Assembly: GCA_043825735.1 (NCBI GenBank)
Contig: JBDRRP010000121.1
Coordinates: 1-64,000, forward strand
Direction of reading: 5' to 3'
DNA from: Pseudomonadota bacterium
Lineage (GTDB): Bacteria; Desulfobacterota; Desulfobacteria; Desulfobacterales; JBDRRP01
Length of the DNA stretch: 64,000 nt
The notes beneath the pieces are model-generated. The model ran no database searches. It was not told the origin of the DNA and saw only the letters and a program-made list of their open reading frames with translations. This document shows, one piece after another, positions 42,781 to 53,256 of this stretch. The position numbers and the translations under genes were made by a program. Numbering within the stretch: position 1 is the first letter of the stretch; every line of letters begins with the position of its first letter.

Positions 42781-44175
42781 CTACTTTCTGCGAGTGCCGC
42801 GTTTGCGTGATGATTTGCCGCGGGCTGTAAAGGAGGGGGGCTTTTTATAGTCGTCGAACTGAAGACGCCCGGAGCGCTGGCGAAACATCAGCCGCAGAGG
42901 CGTCTGGTGCAGCCCCGTGCCTTCCCGGATCCGGTTCGTCAGATAGCGGCGGTAGGAAAAGTGTACGGCATCCGGATAGTTGACAAACAAGACGAAGGTC
43001 GGCGGTTTTGTTGAAGACTGGGTGGCGTATAGAAATTTGATCCGGCGCCCGCGGTGCAGCGACGGCTCGTTTCTATCAACAGCCTCCTTGAGGATCCGGT
43101 TCAATGGACCGGTGCCAATGCGGCTGTTGTACTGGGTATTGACCGTGTCGATGGCCTCGAAGATCCGGTGCATGCGCTGCCCGGTGAGCGCCGATACGGT
43201 AATGACCGGGGCAAATTGCAGGAACTTGGCCTGCTCTCTGAGTTTTTCAGCATACTGGGCGGCGGAGTTTTGGTCCTTTTCCACCAGATCCCATTTGTTG
43301 AGCAAAAACACGCACCCGCACCCGCGTTCTTCGGCGTACCCGGCTATGGAGATGTCCTGGTCGGTGACCCCTTCGGCGGCATCCAGCACGATGAGTGCCA
43401 CATCACAGCGGGAGAGGCTTCTGAGCGCCATGATAATGGAAATTTTCTCCAGATGGGCCTGCACCCGGCCCTTGCGGCGGATACCGGCCGTGTCCACGAG
43501 CCGGTAATTCTTGCCGTAAGCCTTGCAGATGCTGTCCACAGAATCGCGTGTCGTGCCGGGCACTTCGCTGACCACCAGACGGTCTTCTCCCAAAAGCCGG
43601 TTGATGAGAGAGGACTTGCCCGCATTGGGGCGCCCCACCACCGCCACACGCACAATGTCGGCCTCGGGCTTTGAGTCCGCGGCCGGATAGTCGGCCACCA
43701 CCGCATCCATGAGATCCATGATACCGTACTTGTGCTCGGCGGAAACCGGAAAGACGGTCTCTAAACCCAGGGCGTAAAAATCGGAAAGCGCGCCTTCCTG
43801 TTGAGAGTCGTCGATCTTGTTGACGGCAAAAAAAACAGGTTTCGCGAGCTGGCGGGTGATGGTCGTCATCTCACGGTCATAGGGTGAGAGGCCATGCTTT
43901 CCATCGAAAAGCTGGATCACGGCATCGGCCTCTGCGATGGCCGCCATGACCTGCTGCCGAATCTGATCGGCAAACGGGTCTTCTCCGGGAGCGGCAAATC
44001 CGCCGGTATCCACCAGGGTAAAGGCGACGCCGTTCCACTCGGCGTCCGCATAGTGACGGTCTCGGGTCACGCCCGGCCTGTCGTTCACCATGGCGTCCCG
44101 TGTTCCGGTGAGGCGGTTGAACAGCGTCGACTTGCCGACGTTGGGCCTTCCGACAATTGCGATAATGGGTTTCAT
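42781..44175 (-). CDS. der: Ribosome biogenesis GTPase Der (EngA)
   Basis: Two G domains (GRPNVGKS/DTGG/NKID; GRPNAGKS/DTAG/NKWD) and KH-like C-terminus. Confidence 0.97.
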   Translation of the reverse strand: MKPIIAIVGRPNVGKSTLFNRLTGTRDAMVNDRPGVTRDRHYADAEWNGVAFTLVDTGGFAAPGEDPFADQIRQQVMAAIAEADAVIQLFDGKHGLSPYDREMTTITRQLAKPVFFAVNKIDDSQQEGALSDFYALGLETVFPVSAEHKYGIMDLMDAVVADYPAADSKPEADIVRVAVVGRPNAGKSSLINRLLGEDRLVVSEVPGTTRDSVDSICKAYGKNYRLVDTAGIRRKGRVQAHLEKISIIMALRSLSRCDVALIVLDAAEGVTDQDISIAGYAEERGCGCVFLLNKWDLVEKDQNSAAQYAEKLREQAKFLQFAPVITVSALTGQRMHRIFEAIDTVNTQYNSRIGTGPLNRILKEAVDRNEPSLHRGRRIKFLYATQSSTKPPTFVLFVNYPDAVHFSYRRYLTNRIREGTGLHQTPLRLMFRQRSGRLQFDDYKKPPSFTARGKSSRKRGTRRK

Positions 44176-44189
44176 GAATGCCGTTTCAC

Positions 44190-44966
44190 TTAGTGCAATA
44201 TCTGACTGAGAAAGAGCTTGGTGCGCTCGTGCTGGGGGTTGTTGAAGAACGCCTCGGGGTTGTTGCTCTCCACGATCTGGCCGTAGTCCATAAAAAGCAC
44301 CCGGTGGGCCACGCTCTTGGCGAACCCCATTTCATGGGTCACGACCATCATGGTCATGCCATCCTGGGCCAGGCCGATCATGACATCTAGTACTTCCTTG
44401 ATCATCTCCGGATCAAGAGCGCTGGTGGGCTCGTCAAAGAGCATGATCTTTGGCGACATGCACAGGCTCCGGGCAATCGCCACCCGCTGCTGCTGGCCGC
44501 CGGAGAGCTGCCCCGGGAATTTTTTGGCCTGCTCGGCGATCTGGACTTTTTCAAGGTACAGCATGGCCGTTTCTTCGGCCTCTTTTTTGGGTACTTTGCG
44601 CACCCAGATGGGTCCCAATGTGAGGTTCTCCAAAATGGTGAGATGGGGAAAGAGGTTGAAATGCTGGAAGACCATTCCCACTTCGGCCCTGATTTTTTCA
44701 ATATTTTTGATGTTGTTGGTAAGCTCGGTGCCGTCGACAATGATCCGCCCGCGCTGGTGCTCCTCCAGCCGATTGATGCACCGGATCAAGGTCGATTTGC
44801 CCGAACCCGACGGACCGCAGATGACAATCCGCTCCTGGCGCTTGACGCTCAGGTGGATATCTTTCAGAACGTGGAAATCTCCGTACCACTTGTGCATGCC
44901 GATGATCTCAACGATGGCGTCATCATCAGACACATCCTTGGGCACCGGGGTTTGTTCAGTCGTCAT
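44190..44966 (-). CDS. aapP: Polar amino-acid ABC transporter ATP-binding protein (AapP-like)
   Basis: [33 protein letters not shown]. Confidence 0.88.
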   Translation of the reverse strand: MTTEQTPVPKDVSDDDAIVEIIGMHKWYGDFHVLKDIHLSVKRQERIVICGPSGSGKSTLIRCINRLEEHQRGRIIVDGTELTNNIKNIEKIRAEVGMVFQHFNLFPHLTILENLTLGPIWVRKVPKKEAEETAMLYLEKVQIAEQAKKFPGQLSGGQQQRVAIARSLCMSPKIMLFDEPTSALDPEMIKEVLDVMIGLAQDGMTMMVVTHEMGFAKSVAHRVLFMDYGQIVESNNPEAFFNNPQHERTKLFLSQILH

Positions 44967-45021
44967 GTGTCCGTCCTCATTGCGTGTCCATCCTCAACCC
45001 GGCAACCGCGGCCGGGGCAGG

Positions 45022-46122
45022 TCAATGACCCGTGTCGAGTTCCCGCTCCAGGCGGCGACTGTACTGGGACATGGAAAAACACCCCAGAAAATATAGCACT
45101 GCGACGAAAATATACGCCTCTCGGCTGAACCCCATCCACTCTGGGTTGGAAAGCACCGACTGGGTCGTCTTCAGCAGGTCCCACAAGGCGATAATCACCA
45201 CCAGCGAGGTGTCCTTGAAGGCGGAAATAAGGATGCTCACCGTCGGTGGTATCACCATCTTCAAGGCCTGGGGTAAAATAATGAGCCGCATGGTCAAAAC
45301 GTAATTGAGCCCCATGGATTCGGCGGCTTCATACTGCCCCTTGGACATCCCCTGGAGCCCCCCGCGCACCACTTCGGCGATATAGGCGGCGGTAAACAAG
45401 ATGATGGCCACCTGGGCCCTCAGGATGTTGTTGATGGTCACCCCTTCCGGCAAAAAGAGCGGGAAGATGATGGAGCCCATAAACAAAAGGCTGATCAGGG
45501 GAACCCCCCGAATCAACTCGATATAGACGATACACAGGATCTTCACCCCCCGCATGCTGGACTGGCGGCCCAGGGCCAGGATCACCCCAAAGGGATAGGC
45601 GGCGGTAAGACCGAAAATCGAGAGCAGCAGGGTCAGCGGCAGCCCGCCCCACTGGGCGCTGTCCACCGAACGCAGTCCAAGAATGCCCCCTTTCATGAGC
45701 AGACCCATGGCAGCGAGGCCGATGATCCAGGCCCAGAAAAGAGACTTTCGCCAGTGGCGCCGGTCACGGCTGTAGAAAAGCAGTGCGAACAACAGCAGCA
45801 TGGCCACCAGCGGCCGCCACTGCAGATCATACGGGTAAAATCCGAAAAGGATGAACCGGAAGTTATGCGAAATGACCGACCAGCAGGCGCCGCTCGATTC
45901 CCGGCAGATCTGCCCTGTCGTGAACCACATGCTGTCGATAAACAGCCAGCGGACCATTGGCGGCACAACGAGGCCGAGGCCGTAAAGGGTGATCAGTGTG
46001 AGCACGGAGTTGAACCACCCGTTGAAAAGGTTGGCCCGGACCCAGCCCAGCGCCCCCACACTGGCTACCGGTGGGCGCAGTGTCTTTTCGATGATGGATG
46101 TGTCAGGTTTTCCCATGGGCAT
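45022..46122 (-). CDS. aapM: Amino-acid ABC transporter permease (AapM-like)
   Basis: WGGLPLTL, YIELIRGVPLI, AYIAEVVRGG..GQYEAA, FKDTSL. Confidence 0.85.
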   Translation of the reverse strand: MPMGKPDTSIIEKTLRPPVASVGALGWVRANLFNGWFNSVLTLITLYGLGLVVPPMVRWLFIDSMWFTTGQICRESSGACWSVISHNFRFILFGFYPYDLQWRPLVAMLLLFALLFYSRDRRHWRKSLFWAWIIGLAAMGLLMKGGILGLRSVDSAQWGGLPLTLLLSIFGLTAAYPFGVILALGRQSSMRGVKILCIVYIELIRGVPLISLLFMGSIIFPLFLPEGVTINNILRAQVAIILFTAAYIAEVVRGGLQGMSKGQYEAAESMGLNYVLTMRLIILPQALKMVIPPTVSILISAFKDTSLVVIIALWDLLKTTQSVLSNPEWMGFSREAYIFVAVLYFLGCFSMSQYSRRLERELDTGH

Positions 46123-46125
46123 CGG

Positions 46126-47298
46126 TTACCGCTCCACCAGCTTGGCCTTCTTGTTGTACCAGTTCATAAAGGAGGAGGTGGACAGACTGAAAAAAAGATA
46201 ACAGACCATGATCAGCGCCACCCCTTCGATGGCCTGGCCGGTCTGGTTGATGGTGGTGTTGGCCACGGAGACAAAATCCGGGAAGCCGATGGCAATGGCC
46301 AGCGAACTGTTTTTGGTCAGATTGAGCATCTGGCTGGTGAGCGGCGGGATGATTACCCGCAGCGCCTGGGGTAAAATCACCAGGCTCAGCACATGACCGG
46401 ATTTCAGACCCAGCGCCATGGCCGCCTCTGTCTGCCCCTTGCTGACCGCCTGAATGCCGGCCCGAACCACTTCGGCCACGAAAGCAGCCGTGTAGAGCAC
46501 CAGACCGAGCAACAGGGCCACGAATTCAGGGCTGACAGTCATCCCGCCTTTAAAATTGAACCCGGTCAGCACCGGTTTGTCCATGGTCGTGGGCGCGCCG
46601 AAACACAGCCATATCACCAGCGGCACGCCGACGATCATTGCCAGTGACGTCCAGAACACGGGAAAAAGCCTGCCGGTGAGATCCTGCCGCCGCCGGGCCC
46701 AGCGTTTCAGGAAAAAGGCGCAAATCACCGCCACGACCAGACCGACGAACATGGCGCTGTGGGCAGGATGCGCTGCCGGTATGCCGAAGATGAGACCCCG
46801 GTTGCAAACAAACACGCCGTCGATTGGGGCCAGCGCCTGACGCGGCGCCGGGAACGCCTCGTAGAACAGCGCATACCAGAAAAACAGCTGGAGCAGCACC
46901 GGGATGTCCTGCATGACTTCCACGTATAGCGAAGCCAATTTGCTCACCAGCCAGTTGCGCGACAACCGGGCAAGGCCGACAAACGTACCGAGCATGACCG
47001 TGAGCAGGTTGCCGATAAGGGCCACCATCAGCGTGTTGAGCACACCGACCCACAGGGCCCGCGCGTAGGAATCGGCGGCCGAATAGCGCACCAGACTTTC
47101 ACCGATCTCGAAAGAAGCCTCTTTCTGTAGGAAACCGAACCCGGTGGCGATCGATTGCTTGTCAAGATTGTGAAGGGTGTTTGAAACAAGATAGAACCCG
47201 AGCAGGCCAACCATGCCGAGGATACCGATCTGGTAAACGATGGCCCGTTTTTTGGGATCCAGCCAGAAAGGCACTTTTTCTTCTTGAGTCATTTTCAT
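46126..47298 (-). CDS. aapQ: Amino-acid ABC transporter permease (AapQ-like)
   Basis: TGFGFL, GVLNTL, ARLSRNWL, GFNFKGG, AEVVRAGI..GQTEAA, LTKNSSLA. Confidence 0.85.
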   Translation of the reverse strand: MKMTQEEKVPFWLDPKKRAIVYQIGILGMVGLLGFYLVSNTLHNLDKQSIATGFGFLQKEASFEIGESLVRYSAADSYARALWVGVLNTLMVALIGNLLTVMLGTFVGLARLSRNWLVSKLASLYVEVMQDIPVLLQLFFWYALFYEAFPAPRQALAPIDGVFVCNRGLIFGIPAAHPAHSAMFVGLVVAVICAFFLKRWARRRQDLTGRLFPVFWTSLAMIVGVPLVIWLCFGAPTTMDKPVLTGFNFKGGMTVSPEFVALLLGLVLYTAAFVAEVVRAGIQAVSKGQTEAAMALGLKSGHVLSLVILPQALRVIIPPLTSQMLNLTKNSSLAIAIGFPDFVSVANTTINQTGQAIEGVALIMVCYLFFSLSTSSFMNWYNKKAKLVER

Positions 47299-47577
47299 GG
47301 TGTGGGATGATGTGCCTGAAGGGTCCGGTCGGCTGACTGAAGCATGGCAAACCGTTCCCCAGAAAGGACGATCCCCCGGCCACAGCCGGTGCAGCCGGGG
47401 GCGCCAGTAGTATGTACTTGTGCACATCAGCAAATAGCATCATTCGTCCCTCGGCGGCAGTCGCTGCGCAACTGAGCCTTGCCGGAAACCGCAACCTGCC
47501 ATCTGTTGACGGACACTAACTAAACAGTAACTCAGTTCCAAGAGTCGCGTGGCGCCAAAGAGGGCCACGCGCTTCGA

Positions 47578-48597
47578 TTAACGAAACGGAATGGCGTACA
47601 TCAGGCCGCCGTTGGTCCACAGGGCATTGAGCCCTCTTTCCAGTCCGAGGGGGGTCTTGGGCCCCACGGTGGCGTCATACACTTCACCGTAGTTGCCGAC
47701 CTGCTTGATGATATTGTAAGCGAACTTGTCGTCCAGACCCAGCGTCGCGCCAAGGCCCGCCGTGGTACCCAGAAACCGCATGATCTGGGGATCGGTGCTG
47801 GTCAGCATGGTATCAACGTTCTTGGAGGTGATGCCGAATTCTTCGGCCTGGATCATGGCCATGATCGAGAACTTCACGATGTCGAACCACTGGTCGTCGC
47901 CGTGACGCACCACCGGGGCCAGAGGCTCTTTGGAGATAATCTCGGGAAGAATCACATAGTCGGCCGGTTTCGGCGCAACGGAACGCTGGGCAGCCAGTTG
48001 GGAGACATCAGAGGTGAGCACGTCGCAGCGGCCGGCAAAGAAGGCCTTGTTGAGTTCGGCGGTCTGCTCGATCACCACCGGTTTCCACTTCATGTTCATC
48101 TTGCGGAAGTAATCGGCCGCATTCAACTCGGTGGTGGTTCCGGGCAGTACACATACCGTGGCGCCTTCCAGATCCTTGGCGCTCTTTACACCGAGTTTCT
48201 TGGGTACCAGAAAGCCCTGGCCGTCGTAGTAGTTCACCACCGTAAAATTAAGACCGTTGGTGGTTTCCCGGGTCAGGGTGGCCGTGGTGTTGCGGCACAG
48301 CACATCGATTTCTTTGGACTGGAGCGCCGGCAGACGCTGGACGGCCGTGAGGGCGACGAACTTCACCTTGTTGGCATCGCCAAAAACCGCGGCGGCGATG
48401 GCGCGGGCCGTATCGGCATCGAGACCTTTCCACACGCCCTTTTCATCGGGCATGCTAAAGCCAAAGACACCGCCATTCACACCGGCGATCAGCTCGCCTC
48501 TAGAGCGCACTTCTTCCAGAGTGCCGGCGACGGCCACGGTGGAAACAAGCAGCAGGGCCATTACGACTGCAACAAGTCTCAAACGATTAGATGTCAT
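47578..48597 (-). CDS. aapJ: Amino-acid ABC transporter substrate-binding protein (AapJ-like)
   Basis: Signal peptide, ARAIAAAVFGD, YYDGQGF, CVLPGTTTE, ISKEPL, VGNYGE; SD GGAGG. Confidence 0.88.
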   Translation of the reverse strand: MTSNRLRLVAVVMALLLVSTVAVAGTLEEVRSRGELIAGVNGGVFGFSMPDEKGVWKGLDADTARAIAAAVFGDANKVKFVALTAVQRLPALQSKEIDVLCRNTTATLTRETTNGLNFTVVNYYDGQGFLVPKKLGVKSAKDLEGATVCVLPGTTTELNAADYFRKMNMKWKPVVIEQTAELNKAFFAGRCDVLTSDVSQLAAQRSVAPKPADYVILPEIISKEPLAPVVRHGDDQWFDIVKFSIMAMIQAEEFGITSKNVDTMLTSTDPQIMRFLGTTAGLGATLGLDDKFAYNIIKQVGNYGEVYDATVGPKTPLGLERGLNALWTNGGLMYAIPFR

Positions 48598-48881
48598 CCC
48601 CTGTACCTCCTTAACTGAATGCAAAAGGTTTACCCGATGGCTGAAGGTATCAGCCGCTTTTTGAACACTGTCTCCGGCAGTAGGTTGTGCCGGGGCGCTC
48701 TCTCCAATAATTCTGATCGACCTGCCATGATTACACGAGCACCCCCTTATTATCAAGAAGAACCTGGGAATTTGGAATATCGGCGCCCTGCGAAACCATG
48801 ACCCATAAGCGCTTGACGGAACCGCTGACAAACGGTTACCATGGGGTCCGAAATACTTGAAATCTCATCAAGGAGGATACC

Positions 48882-49499
48882 GTGACCGTCCACCGCACAA
48901 ATAGATGCATCACCGTTTTGACGGCCGTCGTGGCACTGACGCTGATGGCCTGCAGCACCACGTCTTACCTCAAGGTCACCTATCAGCTTCCCGGTACCGA
49001 TACCGGACCTTCCGGAAAAAGCGTCTTTCTAAAAGTGACTGATGGCACCGGGGGCACCCCTTTTCTGGGGTCCAATGCCAAAGAAGATCTAAAACACTTC
49101 ACCGGCTTGTTTTCCGTGTGGGTGCAAGGAAAGCTCCCCAAGCCAACGATGAAAGGCGCCTACGACGTCAGCGGCCTCTTCGACACCGCATTCCGGGAGC
49201 GGCTGACCACAGCGGGTGTGACCATCGTCGACACCCCCTCAGATACCGTCCCGACCCTCCAAATCAATCTCACTGCGTTTCAAATCGACATGGATGGAAG
49301 GCAATGGACCACGCGACTGGACTACGTGGCCAGCATGCGCCTCAATGGCGAAAAACTCACCACCCAGACGGTGAGCGGGTCTGCCGAACGGGCAAAAATC
49401 GTCGGCACTGGCGATGCGGAAACACTGCTCGGGGAAACCGTCACCACCATGGTCAACCAGTTGGATCTCAACAAACTGTTCGGGCACCCGCAACTGTGA
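48882..49499 (+). CDS. Putative lipoprotein (YajG-like)
   Basis: SD AGGAGG, GTG start, lipobox LMAC. Confidence 0.7.
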   Translation: MTVHRTNRCITVLTAVVALTLMACSTTSYLKVTYQLPGTDTGPSGKSVFLKVTDGTGGTPFLGSNAKEDLKHFTGLFSVWVQGKLPKPTMKGAYDVSGLFDTAFRERLTTAGVTIVDTPSDTVPTLQINLTAFQIDMDGRQWTTRLDYVASMRLNGEKLTTQTVSGSAERAKIVGTGDAETLLGETVTTMVNQLDLNKLFGHPQL

Positions 49500-49502
49500 T
49501 GC

Positions 49503-49853
49503 TCAGACGATGTGCCCGCGATTGGGCACGATGCAAATAAACCGGAAGGGGGTCTCGCCGGTGTTTTTGAACTGATGTACCGTGCCCTCCGGAACAAATG
49601 CATAGGCGCCGACTTCCATTTCGTGGTCCACGCCGTCCATGTGCAACTGACCGCTGCCGGCCACCACATAATTGATGTGGGGCCAGTCGTGGGCATGTTT
49701 GGGCGAATAACCATTCTGGCCCAATTCAACGATCCGCATGACGTGATCCTGCCAGCCCTCGTCCGCCGAAATCAGCACTTTCATTGCCGCTTCATGGACC
49801 TCGATGCTGTTGATGGGTACCGCCGCTGTTTTTTTCTCATTGGCTACAATCAT
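49503..49853 (-). CDS. Cupin domain protein
   Basis: HAHDWPH...GSG...PEGTVHQFKN; SD GGAGG before ATG 49853. Confidence 0.85.
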   Translation of the reverse strand: MIVANEKKTAAVPINSIEVHEAAMKVLISADEGWQDHVMRIVELGQNGYSPKHAHDWPHINYVVAGSGQLHMDGVDHEMEVGAYAFVPEGTVHQFKNTGETPFRFICIVPNRGHIV

Positions 49854-49992
49854 ATGAAACGCCTCCATTGCCTTTTTGAATTCCGTAAAATGGCCGCACA
49901 GCGCATATTTGTTTTCACCACCGGTTGTCGAATCGAAAATAATGCATATTATGCGCCAGAAATAGCGCTGATTTGAGGAAGGATCGTATTAA

Positions 49993-50175
49993 ATGTCCAG
50001 AAAAAAGAGCCTGATTGAGTGTGTTTGCCCGAAATGCGGCGCGACGCACAAAATGAGCATGATGTGGACAGGCAGGGGAAAACCGAGAAAGTATTGTCCA
50101 AACTGTAAGAGTGGCCTGGCCACCATCAACAGCATAGACATATACGGCGTATCATCCCGATCGTCCAAACCTTAG
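49993..50175 (+). CDS. Small zinc-ribbon-like protein (60 aa)
   Basis: CVCPKCG...H...WTGRG...YCPNC; SD GAGGAAGG; hairpin downstream at 50177-50202. Confidence 0.6.
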   Translation: MSRKKSLIECVCPKCGATHKMSMMWTGRGKPRKYCPNCKSGLATINSIDIYGVSSRSSKP

Positions 50176-50245
50176 TCAGGCGTGCGCTTGAGCGCCGCCT
50201 GATTAACCGCCCCCCCCTTCAACCAACGCCCGGACGAAACACCAA

Positions 50246-50758
50246 CTATAGCTTGTTTGTCGTCACACGGTAGCAAAGCATCACCAGTTGAGTGTCGATC
50301 CGTTCCACCGTGTTCAATTCCAGGGGCAGATCCACCGCGGCAGTGAACAGAGACATCCCGTCACCGAAAAACCGGGAAGACACGGTGAGCACCACCTCTC
50401 CGATGAGCCCCGCATGGGCAAAAAGGGTGTTCACCGTCGCCCCTCCGGCCAGAACGGCTTCCTGATAGCCCCTTTCTTCCAACGAAGCCACGATCTTCTC
50501 CGGCGGCAGCCCCGTATACCACAGATCGCCCTGATCCGAAATGCGCCGCGCGTTTCGGGTCATGACCACGTTCAGACGACCGGGAAGGGGGGCACCGATG
50601 GTGTCGTATGTGCGCGATCCCATGATCACCACACCCGCCTTTCTGCTCAGGCGTGCAAAGAGCCGTTTGTCCACGGTGCCGGTCCAATCGGGGAAATGAT
50701 CAGCGTGTTTGGCGATCTTGCCATCAGCGGTGATGGCCATGAGCATTACCACCTTCAT
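50246..50758 (-). CDS. Dihydrofolate reductase / RibD C-terminal family protein
   Basis: MAITADGKIA, VIMGSRTY, PLPGRLNVV, LAGGATV; SD GGAGG. Confidence 0.85.
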   Translation of the reverse strand: MKVVMLMAITADGKIAKHADHFPDWTGTVDKRLFARLSRKAGVVIMGSRTYDTIGAPLPGRLNVVMTRNARRISDQGDLWYTGLPPEKIVASLEERGYQEAVLAGGATVNTLFAHAGLIGEVVLTVSSRFFGDGMSLFTAAVDLPLELNTVERIDTQLVMLCYRVTTNKL

Positions 50759-50807
50759 GGAGACCTCCAGGTTGGTGATGTTTAGGGCCTGGCCAATCGA
50801 ATTTGAG

Positions 50808-51028
50808 AAAAGGGTCCGAGGGTTCAAGGGGCCCAGGGGTCAAGCGACACCACTGGGTGTCATTCAGAAATCTTGCGGCTGGCAGCTGATCACCGTAGCA
50901 TTTTTGAGGCGAAATCAAATCGCTCTCCCAATGCAGGTGGCTCAAAGCCGTTCGGTCCGTATAAGTATTTTGCGGTTTTCTTTGTTGTTTTTCACTCGAA
51001 CCCTTGGCCCCTCGACCCCTTGAACCCT
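50808..51028. repeat. Octamer-period inverted-arm element
   Basis: AGGGTCCGAGGGGTTCAAGGGGCCCAGGGGTCAAG ... CTCGAACCCTTGGCCCCTCGACCCCTTGAACCCT. Confidence 0.75.
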
Positions 51029-51102
51029 TTATCCATGGCCCCTGTCCATCGACCAACAGAATAGGTAGATGATCCAGATTTTTTAGACAGTATCCGGAGC
51101 TC

Positions 51103-53256
51103 TTATTTCGATGTTGCCACCCACACGCCCTGCCAATCGGCAGGCGGATGATCCCGCAATTGAGCGCATTTGCCGGCGTAGACCGCCGCGGCCGGATCGG
51201 TTCCGGCGATGTCCTCAAAAAGCGCCTGGGCATCCTGGAATCGGCCTTCATAAAACGCCCCGAGCCCTTTCTGAAAAGTCCGAACGAGGTCAGCGCACCG
51301 GGCGGCATCTGCAGGAAACATGGGCTCAAAGACGCCTACCGGCGCCTTTCGTCCCACCACCGCCAATCGGGCCAGTTCTCGGACGACAAAACGCTCATCG
51401 AGTAAAATGCGCGTGTTCTGAGATATCATGGTGTAAGTGCCGAACTGTTTGTTTGCGCCTTCCAGCCGTGCGGCAAGGTTCACGGCATCGCCCAGCATGG
51501 TGTAATCGAAGCGACTGCTGGAGCCCAGGTTCCCCACAACGGCCTCCCCGGTGTTGATGCCGATGCGCATGTAAAGATCCTTGCCGGTGCGCTCACGAAA
51601 CTTCGGTCTGAGGGCACCTAATGTCTGCTGGCAGCGCAGGGCCGCTCGGACAGCGCACGCGGCATGATCGGCAACCTCAAGGGGGGCGTTCCAGAAGGCG
51701 ATGATGGCGTCACCCTCGTATTTGTCTACGGTGCCGCCCTCCTCCCAGATGATGTCGGTCATGGCAGAGAGATAATCATTGAGCAGCGCGGTCAAGGCCT
51801 CCGGGTCAAGGCCTTCTGAAATGGTCGTAAACCCCTGAAGGTCCGAGAAAAATATAGACAGCATCTTGCGCTCGCCCCCCAGCTTGAGGCGCTCCGGGTT
51901 GGCGATGAGCTGCTCGATCACCACGGGGCTCAGATACTGGCTGAACGCATTCTTGATAAAGCGCTTCTGTCGGCCTTCGATGATGATTTTCATGACCAGG
52001 GTCAGCGCGACCGTCAATATGGCGGCCAGTTCCACCGCCACCAGTGGAACCCACACCCCCAGATGATATCCCCCGGCCGCCACCGCGACAGGAACGGATA
52101 GGCCAAACGCAGCGACGATCATGATGGCGGTGGTCGACGCCAGCATTGCCCCTGTCACCCCGAGCAGTGCGGCAATTGAGAGGATCAGCGCCACGGAGGC
52201 CCCAGTGGACAGGGGGCGTATGAAATCGTTGGAGATCACATTGTCCAGAAGCGTCGCCTGGATTTCCACTCCTGAAAATACACCGCCCATGGGCGTGGCA
52301 CGCGCTTCGAACAGGCCGGGCGCGGAGAATCCCAAAAAAACGATTTTTCCCCTGAAGGCATCCGGATCGGTGATGGTGGGCGCCTGGCCGTCGCGTAGAC
52401 GGATTTCCGATTGTAAAACGGCCGCAGCGCTGTAACTACGATAGGTCCCGGCCGATCCCCGAAACCGCAGGATTACCCGCCCATTGGCATCCGTGGGAAC
52501 CCGTTTTCCGGCCAGTGTCAAACCGCCCATATCAGTGCCGAACACCGCCACGCCCGGATGCTGAATCACCCAGGGCGCCACGGCAAGGGTCGGCACCATC
52601 CGGCCATCGAAAACGGCGAACAATGGCGCGCGGCGATAGATCCCGTCCGGATCCGGGGGGATCTGCACATTTCCCAGCGCGGCCGCCGCCTGTCGCAGCG
52701 CGTCAATGGGCAGGCTCGCACGGGGGAAAACAAACCCTCCGTTCGGATGCCTGCCGATCCAGCCGTCCACCGGCGCGGGTACCGGCAGTACCGGGGCGGG
52801 CCCCTGCGGCCACTGTCGGCGTGCGCCGGTCTCTTGCCCGATAAATGCGGCCAGTGCCACGTCCGGCGCCGCCCCCACGCTCTCGGCGAACACCTGGTCG
52901 TCTGGCACCCCATAAGTCGACGGTTCGGTAAACAGAACATCAATGGCAATGGCCCGAACGCCGTGCCTCCGGCAGAAATCCACAACGGCAGCGTACATTT
53001 CCCTTGGCCAGGGCCAGCCCAAACCGTTTTCCCGCTGGGCCCAGTCGAGGCTGTTCTGGTCCACGAGGATGAGCCGGATCTGATCGGTGGCCGGCCCTGG
53101 ACGGGCCATTGCCCTGGCACGCCAATCAAAGCTTCGGGCCTCCCATGAATCGAGCCATCCAAGGCCCCAGAGGGCAGTCGACAACAGCCCGGCGATCAGG
53201 GCGATGCCGATGCCCTGGGCCATGGGTCTGCGGGTCGTGGCGGCGATATTGATCAC
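51103..53256 (-). CDS. Second CHASE2-domain adenylate cyclase
   Basis: LVDQNSL..GWPWPR, DPDGIYRR, SGVEIQA, 3 TM, FSDLQGFT, DKYEGDAI, DYTMLGDAVNLAARLEG. Confidence 0.93.
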   Translation of the reverse strand: MINIAATTRRPMAQGIGIALIAGLLSTALWGLGWLDSWEARSFDWRARAMARPGPATDQIRLILVDQNSLDWAQRENGLGWPWPREMYAAVVDFCRRHGVRAIAIDVLFTEPSTYGVPDDQVFAESVGAAPDVALAAFIGQETGARRQWPQGPAPVLPVPAPVDGWIGRHPNGGFVFPRASLPIDALRQAAAALGNVQIPPDPDGIYRRAPLFAVFDGRMVPTLAVAPWVIQHPGVAVFGTDMGGLTLAGKRVPTDANGRVILRFRGSAGTYRSYSAAAVLQSEIRLRDGQAPTITDPDAFRGKIVFLGFSAPGLFEARATPMGGVFSGVEIQATLLDNVISNDFIRPLSTGASVALILSIAALLGVTGAMLASTTAIMIVAAFGLSVPVAVAAGGYHLGVWVPLVAVELAAILTVALTLVMKIIIEGRQKRFIKNAFSQYLSPVVIEQLIANPERLKLGGERKMLSIFFSDLQGFTTISEGLDPEALTALLNDYLSAMTDIIWEEGGTVDKYEGDAIIAFWNAPLEVADHAACAVRAALRCQQTLGALRPKFRERTGKDLYMRIGINTGEAVVGNLGSSSRFDYTMLGDAVNLAARLEGANKQFGTYTMISQNTRILLDERFVVRELARLAVVGRKAPVGVFEPMFPADAARCADLVRTFQKGLGAFYEGRFQDAQALFEDIAGTDPAAAVYAGKCAQLRDHPPADWQGVWVATSK

